NCBI RefSeq assembly: GCF_964355755.1
Contig: NC_092673.1
Location: 29,571,648-29,635,647, forward strand
Direction: 5' to 3'
DNA: 64,000 bases
Origin: Antedon mediterranea
Taxonomy: Eukaryota; Animalia; Echinodermata
Shown: positions 54,532-64,000 of the stretch, one piece after another
How positions within the stretch are numbered: position 1 is the stretch's first letter
Layout of the letters: each line of letters starts with the position of its first letter
Notes under the pieces: generated by a model
What the model saw: the letters and a program-made list of their open reading frames with translations, nothing else
What the model was told of the DNA's origin: nothing
Database searches by the model: none
Made by a program: the position numbers and the translations under genes

Positions 54532-55419
54532 CTCACTTTTGTATTTACCTGTGTGATACTTACTGTATTGTAAAAATTGAAAAAATATACAATCTATGGA
54601 ATTGGTACATATTTAGAGCGGATTGTCATTTCTTAACTCTTGCTCCTGGAAATTAAAATGTCAAAAAAAAAATGTTTAGTTCAGGATAAAGATTAGAATT
54701 AAATGAGTTTAAAATATGTTTAATGCAGTTTGGTTTAGTTCTGTTTGGCAGCCTAGATTTATCGGGTCAGGGAGGGGTCAACGTATGGAAATAACATTTT
54801 GAAGCTAACAGCAACAGATTCCTTATAACAATTATTTCTTCTCCGTCCATTCACGACATCTTAATATCTCTTTTGTTTTGTATCATAAATATGCCTTTAG
54901 AAAAACTTAGTAGTAAAAAATGTCAATCATAAATGTGTTGTTTAAGGTAGTTGAACTGTTGTTTTAATCTTGCATGGGTCTTTATAAAGGAAAAAACAAA
55001 AATGGTCACAAAGCTTCTATTTTGCCAACTTCCATTCTACTAAAGAACTAACATATGTTTTATAATTGTCCCATTGAATATCGAACAAGGTTAAACAAGA
55101 AACTATGTCAAACTTCTGTTGTACCTTTTGAATATAAATACAACATATACTGTAGTAATTATTTTATTTACAGTGCAGTAGGCCTAAGGTAAAACTATAC
55201 CAAAATGTTTATTAATATCATTTTTTGTCTACATTATAAATAAATGTTGCCAATATGTGTACATCATTCCTTATATTGTATTAAGTATTAATTAAAAGAA
55301 TAATCAAGCTGTTGGCTAGAGAGAGTTTGAATTAATCTCCTTTTTTTAGAAAGCCTACTAGAAAACTAGAATTAGAAATCATCAAAAGAAGTGATGGTAA
55401 ATAAAGTAAATAGCCAAGC

Positions 55420-55660
55420 TCAGGACAATTTCTTTTCTTCTAGGAAAATAGAACTCTCCCTATATTATTAAAAACCTACCTACATCCTTTGTAGTGTTCA
55501 AGTAAATCTTATAGCTTGCCACATATCTGAATGGAATTCTTGAAAACCTGCATATATTTGTAGCTCATATTAGATTTACTGAGTATGACTTTCAATTTGT
55601 TGGAATATCTGAAATTCTTAAATGTTATGATTTTTCTGTATAAATCGTACAGGTCATTAA
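55420..55660 (+). mobile_element. Possible degenerate LINE APE-endonuclease N-terminal fragment
   Basis: Reads YLNGILENLHIFVAHIRFTEYDFQFVGISEILK, resembling HLNIRS..KN...F.IIGISETWL of CR1/L2 ORF2. Confidence 0.4.
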
Positions 55661-56028
55661 TCTTTCACTGTCTTACTTTGTTAAAAACATTAGAAAATGG
55701 ACAACATTAAATTGTTGTTTTCACAAATGAATTCACCCTGAAAAATTACCATTAACTTACAAATTGTTACCGTATTTAAAATATTTACTGCCACTTTTCT
55801 GACAATTCTGAAAATTTGGCCGTAGGACCAATGCATAAAACGGTAGTAGTACATAATAATATGTGTACACAGTAGTATAGATAAACATAGACGCCAATAC
55901 GTGACAATATGTTGAACACGCATGCGCACATTAACTCAGACACGCACTGGTGGTCATCCACATGAATTCAAATATATAATGATTAATATGTTTATTGACT
56001 TGTGCACTTTTGGCCATTTCATTCTTGT

Positions 56029-56214
56029 TGTATATCATATGGAGGCATCTGTCCACATGGATAAATGTTGTTATCTTTGTATATCATATCGAGGCATCTG
56101 TCCACATAGATAAATGTTGTTATTCTTGTATATCATATCGAGGCGTCTGTCCACACGGATAAATGTTGTTATCTTTGTATATCACTATGGAGGCATCTGT
56201 CCACATGGATAAAT
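56029..56214. repeat. Tandem repeat, 49-bp unit x~3.8
   Basis: TGTATATCATAT(G/C)GAGGCATCTGTCCACATGGATAAATGTTGTTATCTT repeated. Confidence 0.93.
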
Positions 56215-56567
56215 TTAATCTTTTCTGGAATGAAATTAAATGTTGTTTTATGACATTTAATGATTAATAATCTTTAATACGTTGTATGACCAAAACATTT
56301 ACATAGCTTTTATTGTTGCATAATAAAAGCTTTTTGATTCAAATATTTGACTTCTGATTGTGGGGTTTAAATCAAAATGTTTTTTTCATCACACAACAAA
56401 AATATTTTTGCAATGTACAGCATAAATTTTAGAAGAAATGACAAGTTATTCACTCAAAACACTTTTGAATTATGTGTTTTAATAACTTTAAATTATGTTT
56501 ATAATGATTTGACCAATGCAATGGATCATCTGAATAAACACGGCTTTAATATAAAATAAAACATCCT

Positions 56568-56759
56568 ATCATTTATTAGTGTACAAACGTGGACATTAGA
56601 TCAACTTGAACCTAACCGTGTGGACACAGCTATTTAGTATAATATTAAACATAGGATCATTTATTAGTGTACAAACGTAGACATTAGATCAACTTGAACC
56701 TAACCGTGTGGACACAGCTATTTAGTATAATATTAAACATAGGATCATAGTGTACAAAC
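56568..56759. repeat. Tandem duplication, 88-bp unit x2 plus partial third
   Basis: ATCATTTATTAGTGTACAAACGT(G/A)GACATTAGATCAACTTGAACC...ATAGG at 56568 and 56656. Confidence 0.93.
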
Positions 56760-57265
56760 ATTTGTGATATATTGACAGGTGAGGATCAACCTCAAACAGG
56801 AAATCATGTGGTCTATAATAACATTTTAAAGAGGTTTTTGCTAGGCCCTATCCTTGATATTTCATTCAGGTACTTCTACCTAATAGACCCTGTCAAACTC
56901 TCTCATCAAGGGCATAGTGTGTTTGTAATCTGCAAATTCAATTCAAATTCTCCAGGACTGATGATGGATCTTTAAATTAATTTTATCAAAACCTTGTATG
57001 ATTCTAAAAGCAATCAGTCATTTTATTCCAATGTCTTGTATCAGCCCTGATGTTTTTACTATAGCCTCTGGAAGCAATTAATACTAAACAAATGATTTGG
57101 AATTCTTAAGATTCCAAACTTGATATATTTATGTATTTATGATTAACGGAATAATTTATTGATAACAATGTATAACAAATACAATATTGATGTAATTGCA
57201 ATGATGTTATTTTTTATTAACTATTGTTTTGAAAATAACACATGATTCATCAGTCATCAGTCAAT

Positions 57266-57796
57266 TGTCCATTTACTTATTCATCCATTTACTTATTCAT
57301 CCATTTTTACTCATTCCTCCATTTACTTATTCATCCATTTACTCATTCCTCCATTTACTTATTCCTCCATTTACTTATTTCTCCATTTACTTATTTCTCA
57401 ATTTACTTATTTCTCAATTTACTTATTTCTCAATTTACTTTTCTTACATTTACTTATTCCTCCCTTTACTTATTCTTCAATTTACTTATTCCTCCATTTA
57501 CTTATTCCTCCATTTACTTATTCCTCCATTTACTTATTTCTCAATTTACTTATTTCTCAATTTACTTATTCCTCCATTTACTTACTCTTACATTTACTTA
57601 TTCCTCCCTTTACTCATTCCTCCATTTACTTATTCCTCCATTTACTTATTTCTCAATTTACTTATTCTTACATTTACTTATTCCTCCATTTACTTATTTC
57701 TCAATTTACTTATTCTTACATTTACTTATTCCTCCATTTACTTATTGTCCATTTACTTATTCCTCCATTTACTTATTACTCCATTTACTTATTTCT
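57266..57796 (+). repeat. Minisatellite, 16-bp unit CCATTTACTTATTCCT x~33, abutting the COE exon 6 acceptor
   Basis: Nearly G-free pyrimidine-rich array with variants (TTTCTCAA, TTCTTACA), ending ~25 nt before the 3' splice site. Confidence 0.97.
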
Positions 57797-57820
57797 TCTT
57801 TCATTTGTGTTTATTTTCAG

Positions 57821-57889
57821 CCGATGCTGTGATAAGAAGAGTTGTGGAAACAGAAATGAAACGCCGTCAGACCCAGTGATCATAGACCG
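57821..57889 (+). CDS. COE: COE/EBF exon 6 (69 nt), second half of zinc knuckle; gene continues beyond window
   Basis: (S)[22 protein letters not shown](R); TTTTCAG| and CG|GTAAGT. Completes the [14 protein letters not shown] zinc knuckle. Confidence 0.98.
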
Positions 57890-60800
57890 GTAAGTCCATA
57901 CTTAGTTTCAGAATCTGAGAGAAGAATTCATCAAAACTTTGCATCCTAAACTTTGTCAAAATTAGTTTAGTTTTTTTTTTAGCGCAGTATCGATTTGTGC
58001 AGAATCTAGTTGCAGAGTACTAGAAGAAATGTCAGTAGCATTACATTCTGAAATGAACTTGGCTACTGCTTGACACTCACTTGTGTCCCATATGTCAATT
58101 AAACCACAGTTTGTTTTGATGTATACATGTGGTCAACTTTAGTATACAGATAAGTAGGATCTGATAGCTTATTAAGCATGTTGTAACTTGGTAGCAGTAC
58201 TCTAGTCATGTGGAACTGCTGGGATTGTGACTTGAATCCAGGAGCCTATGATTCGATGGCAAACATACCACCAAATTGCAGTACATAGAAAAATGATGTT
58301 ATATACGGCTTAGGTCCTCCAACAAAACAAGTTGGAAACACATATTGCACCAGAGGCAGGCCACACAAATCTCCAGTTACAAAGTTTGAATTTGAGACAA
58401 AGAATTCCAAAGTTTTTCGGTCCTTCTTTATTCTTTAAAAACATGCATCTATATCAAATTCTACCCTTACAGGCAATGCACGAAAAATGCTTCTAGAATG
58501 CACACCGAGCCGATGTGCAGCAGGCATGTTTTACTGTGTCAAACCGGATTCAATTCAGAGCATATACCACTCCAATATCCTGCATGATGTGTTTATATAG
58601 TAACCACATGCCTACTTGAATCCAAAATATACAATATAGACCCTGATTGATACCCGTCTGCCTTATAAACATTAAACAAACTGTGTTTGTGTATGTTGTT
58701 ATATTACATAAATATTACATGTTTACTTCAACACCTGTAATAGTGTCAAAATGGCGTCATTATTTATTTTATCTTTATTTTATAAATTTATACAGAGACT
58801 CCAATTTGATTAATTTTATAAATAAACTAAATCTTTTACTGCAAAAAAAAAGGGTGAATTTTCATAGTTACAAATATTAAATAAATATTTTTTTGATTGC
58901 TTATTGCATTCATGTTTACAATAGAAGGTTACAACTTAAGTGACAGACAGACAAACCTACTTAAAATAAGAAACTTAAAAACTGGCAGAATTGTTGGTTT
59001 AGGTTGTAAATCTTATGGTCGTCATTATTGTTTAAAATATGGAATTTTGTATATGAACAATTTTAATTTTATTAGCCACTTTTCACTATGAAATTTTATG
59101 TTTGAAATGTTTGGAACAACTTATAAAACTTAATTATCCATTGTCTGCTACTCTCTTTCTGATATGGTTGATGAATTTCAGAACAAAGGCTAGATATGAA
59201 GCCATCAGCTAACCCTACTTGTGGTCCATTAGCTCCCTGTCTGTTCACATTTCGTCACAGGTGGTATTGCTATCAACATCACCATGATGAGGCCTAGAAT
59301 AGTAGTATAAAAAGACTCAGATTTTCAGTGTCAATACTGTTAAAGAAAATGTCCTTTGTTCTAAATTAACTCAGGCAAATAAAATATGTTAATAATAAAA
59401 TGTATCAAGTTCATTTTTCATCATAATTTGAACAACCTTTATCAAATAATGTAGTGATATTCATTTACATGGCACATCATCTTGTAAAAATAATAAATAT
59501 ATATTATTACATTTTTTATGGAAAAACATCCTTTAATTTAATATTGATTGATCTAAAAATTAAATTACTATTTTGAAAATTCATTGTTCTATTCTCCTCA
59601 GTATGTTTAATATTATAATGTAAATTTATATAATGGGGTCACCCAGTCTTACATCCCTTCCATTATCTCAATCCATAAAATCAAATATAAACTATAAATA
59701 AAATGATTTGTAGTAACAACCAACATGAAATAGATAGAAGTTTTGAGAAGTTAAGTACTTATAAATGTTGTAATTGGTAGGACGTAAGTCAAGTTATTTT
59801 AAATCTTGTCAAAATGTTTCCAGGCCTTGCCTCTTCTCGTCGCTAAGCACCGTTTTATTGTAATGTATACAGTTTGTTGGCTCTCTTGGGATGACGAACA
59901 GTAGCTTAGCTCTGAACAGCCCCCTGACTTAGTGATGAAATAAATCAAGTCGTGTATCAGAGAACATACAATCTAATAGTTTCTGTAAATGTACAATTTC
60001 AGTGTACATAATATTCATATGTTTTAAACTTAAAAAGATTGTTGTTTTGTAATTGTATTGGAATTTTTGCCCAAAGTAGTAATGAATGAATCATATTCAC
60101 ATTTAGTAAAACCATGTTTTCACAATTTTACTATATTTTATAAAGCAAATATACATATTGGATTTTTAGTTTACCAATTTTTGTTAGATCTATAATGGTT
60201 TATGTATTTCGTTCGATATAAAAACACCCTATCCTTTACACATGTATTAAACTTAACCCAGCAAGGGGGGCCAATGTACAACTGTGGTACTGTAATATAA
60301 TATTCATCCATCACCTGTTAATTGACACTAAAGTGTTCTTAGCCCAGTAGCTTCATTGCTAAGCAGTTGACCTTTAACTTAGCGGAGTTGCTAGAGCATT
60401 GACATAAGTTGATTTTAGACATTTTCTTGCTTATAATTTTATTTCATTTTGGCATCTTATTAGTTTCTGTTTCAAAAGCCTAGACTCAAACTTTTTACAA
60501 TAATTTACAGAATTAATTTTTATAGTTAAATTTAGAATGAAATGTTATGTTTCTTTTTATCTCTTTCCTATCACTAATGTTTTTCTTCTTCAGAATTAAA
60601 GATGAATTTGCAAAATTAGATTTCTTCCTGAAACTTCAGACAAAACATCCTAACTATTAATAATGCATACAACTTTGCACAACAATATTACAGAGGTTGA
60701 ATTTTCTAAACAATGAACAATTGCGATATATTAGTGATTAATGTTTTACTAATCCGTTAATATGAGTAAATCTTGCGGATTAACCCTCAAACCTTTTAAA

Positions 60801-63800
60801 AATCCCTCTTCCTCTGTCAATGTAGGGATTATCACTCTATTGTTACACCAAGGGCTTTCTTCATAATTGTTGTTTATTAGTCTGAAAACAACTCCAATAT
60901 TCACTATTCCAAAGTGTTCCCCTCTCAGAAATGAAAACCTCCTTCCCCCGAGATGGCAGAGCGCTCACAAGTAAGACCAAACCTCACCAACTCCAAAATG
61001 TCCGAATTGTTCACTAGCACGGTCTAATCTTTGTATTGGGGGTATTTTTATATATAGTTATTTTTAAAAAGCAATCATCTCCTGGAAAAAAAAGAAATTA
61101 TCTGAAGTTGGGAAGTCTGCTGTTTCAATCATACTACTACTAGAACTACTGTACATCCTTCCTTGGTCCGATGGCACTTATTACACTTCTGTGCCCACAC
61201 AATTTATCTGTCCCAACACAATTTATCTGTCATACATTGGCAAATCTACTTTCAAATCTATCTGTCCTATTCATGTACATTATGTAGTATATATGTACAC
61301 TTTTTCTTTTGTGGTCTTTTTTTGACACAGTCTCTTAAAACGAATCATAATGTCATTTCGTCTCTCCACTGATGTTCTCCAATATATTCTTTTGATTATT
61401 ATACCAAATTATGCTACCATAATGTGTGCTATATAACTATAAGTATCTAGACAATTTTGAGATCTATTTTCCACTTTCAGAACCATAAATATTATAGTGT
61501 TGAAATCTGTCAATAGTTGGTAAATTTATATTCCCTTAAATCAAAGTTAATACAAATACAATTGATAAGATTTTGCAATTTGTCCTGCAATTTGTGTAAC
61601 TCTGGTATTAACTGCCTATATTATTACACTTGTATAGGTTAGTGGATTGGATGGCCATCTAAATCATACCAAAATTTTTTCTTCTAATGTTTATAAACTA
61701 TCACCTACCAAAGTATGGTTAAGTAAATACTTAATTCAGAAAGAGCAGATTTTCTATTAATGTTAGTAAATACTTAACACTTATCTTTAGATACTATAAT
61801 AGTCTCTAGAGTTCAAGGAGTTGATAATAATAAGGCAACTAGAGCTACTAGTGTTACACATTCAGATAAGAGCACCAACGTGTAATAAAATAGAGGGCCT
61901 TCTTTTTATATTTTCCTTTTTATGCATCATATTAATGGGGGTACTGTAACTGTCCAGCCATTATGATTTTAAAAATCTTCACTGACAGACAGAGATTTTG
62001 TTTTTTGGTTAGTTTCTAAGTGTATATATTTCTATGGTTTCTATTAAATCATACCATTAACAACATATTTAAATTTTATTATTAAAAATATTTGTATTAG
62101 TATTTGGTTTATGAACACAAGTTGATTAGCCATTTTGTAGTCAGACATTTTGTTTCATTGAACCTTGCTAATGAGTCTTATATGCACATCGATGGTGATA
62201 GATAATTTTTGCTGCTAGTTAGGGTGATACTTTGTCACCTTCTTCGCACACGCCATCAGACAATGACACTGAACGGTAAGCCTATGCACTGACTGTCTTG
62301 CGCTAGTATACGCACACCCTAATGCCTTCTGAAATGCTTACAGAATGCTTTCAGTGTCTGACCCTAAGCTGCGTGAACCGAGTTATAACGCCTTCAAAAT
62401 GTATGCTTACTTTACACTAAGCTCTGTGAACCAAATTATAACGCCTTTTTAATGTTTCTTTTCTCAATTTCAAATGCATTAGATATGGAATATTACTGTT
62501 TGTATGTTAATTTACTAAAAAATGTTTTAATTTTGTAAACCATATTTTCATCATTGTTCTTATTTTATTTGTTTATTTCATTTGTTTTGTTAATTAAACC
62601 ATTTTCTGTGTTTTATTTAAATTAACCAAATTAATTAATATATCGTCTACAAATTAACATTCCTTACACATTAATTCATTTCCATATTCTTTTGTTTAAT
62701 TTATTTATAAATGATTACTGTATTTCTTTCCCACACAATTGACAGTTGATAAGTCGTTTGCGTATCTCCGTTTGATAATCTACCACGAGTTTCAATAGGC
62801 TACTCTGTTTCAATTGTGGTCATAATCATTTGTTTTGAAGTCCTATTCATACGAAATACTACATTTATTTATATAGCTATATTAATGCTTACCTTACGCC
62901 TACAACTACCTCCAATTATTTCCTTAATACCCTGTTTATTCAGAGATAACAGTTGTAATAGAGTTATAGAACAGTTTACATGTTTGTACCAATAGCGAAA
63001 TACATCATAGAATAGAAACTACACATTCTCTGTAAATTATGCTAAAAACATATTGACATTTGAAAGATAATAAAACAATTAGTTGTAAGAAAAGGTGGGT
63101 GGAAACGACACAATGTTGTTGGTAATTGTGAAGTACAATTAGTTGTTGGTCCTCTCATTTTACAGTAATAGATACATTTTTTTCTAATGATGTAAAATCA
63201 TCTTATTTCACATAAAAAGACATAAGATTGTAAACAAACATGCATCCCAGGTCACGGCTTGGAGAAACAAGCATATGCAGGGCAAAACAAGACATTAAGT
63301 ACAAATCACTTAAAATAAGAGGCTAAAAATAGTAGAAAACACATCCAAAAGGCATAAAAATAAGATAAATAACAAGAGAAATAAGATTGTAATATTAAAT
63401 TGTTTAAAAAAATCATTGTTGGTACTGATTTGTTGTGCAGAAGTCGCATTATATAATATTTAAGACATTTCTGATTAAGAAATTCATGTGAGTTTTCGCG
63501 TTGTCAACTAAGTCCTTTTGCTAAGTGTTCCATCTTACGATATTCCCAACCCTATTACACTTGCGTTTGCAAAGTAACAAAATATTGATTTTAGAAGCAT
63601 GAAAGCGTTACATGAATCATGAATATTCATATATGCTAATTAGACATGTTCTACTCACCTTAAAATTGAATGGTTAAAATTAATGACTGCGCCAAATTGA
63701 AATCATAAAGCAATAATGATGAGAAGTAACTCAGATTAGAGTTAGGTCTGGTTCTGGATCCCTTGATGGAGAATGAAGAACAGCGAGAAATACATTTGTA

Positions 63801-64000
63801 CTGAACTTGCTTTGTAAATATTACAAATTATTTGTAATTAACAGCGTTATCATATAAAACTAGTCATTATTATTTGATGGATTGTCACATAGGGATTGTG
63901 ATGTTATCGCATCAGTCTTATACGTATAGAGCATGACGAGTAGCAATATAATAATCGCCCGAACAAGAACTCATAAATCATGGGTTAGAGACATTGACAT

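Noticed and set aside
54225-54656. 143-aa ORF with TPGQM repeats
   Set aside because: Translation of a 24-bp minisatellite inside a COE intron; no support as a gene.
57229-57879. 216-aa and 196-aa hydrophobic ORFs
   Set aside because: Stop-free artefacts of a G-poor 16-bp satellite; the real exon (57821-57889) is in a different frame.
58190-58280. tRNA-like/B-box sequence on the minus strand (GGATTCAAGTC)
   Set aside because: No cloverleaf can be drawn; at best a decayed SINE head.

Overview
AT-rich, intron-containing animal genomic DNA, most likely an invertebrate deuterostome; an echinoderm is my guess from repeat content, not proven. There are two spliced + strand genes. (1) The 3' part of a Ki-67 (MKI67/CDCA2-family) gene, six exons at 1-5397, carries the PP1-binding RVxF domain, the Ki-67 conserved domain, tandem 22-aa Ki-67 motifs and a basic C-terminal repeat region. 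(2) After about 20 kb of non-coding DNA, a COE/EBF (collier/Olf-1/EBF) transcription factor gene has six coding exons at 25225-57889 and continues beyond the window. The rest holds non-autonomous DNA transposons (MULE-like, Harbinger-like MITEs, Kolobok-like), LINE fragments and minisatellites. Main observations: the Ki-67-COE linkage mirrors vertebrate MKI67-EBF3 and CDCA2-EBF2; two related minisatellites in inverted orientation flank COE exon 5, one a 5' splice-site array and the other forming a ~560-nt AG-free zone before exon 6; a phased array of COE-like binding cores lies inside the COE gene; and there is a candidate truncating exon after exon 6. No prokaryotic system, CRISPR, rRNA or intact tRNA was seen. 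Most ORFs in the supplied track are spurious.
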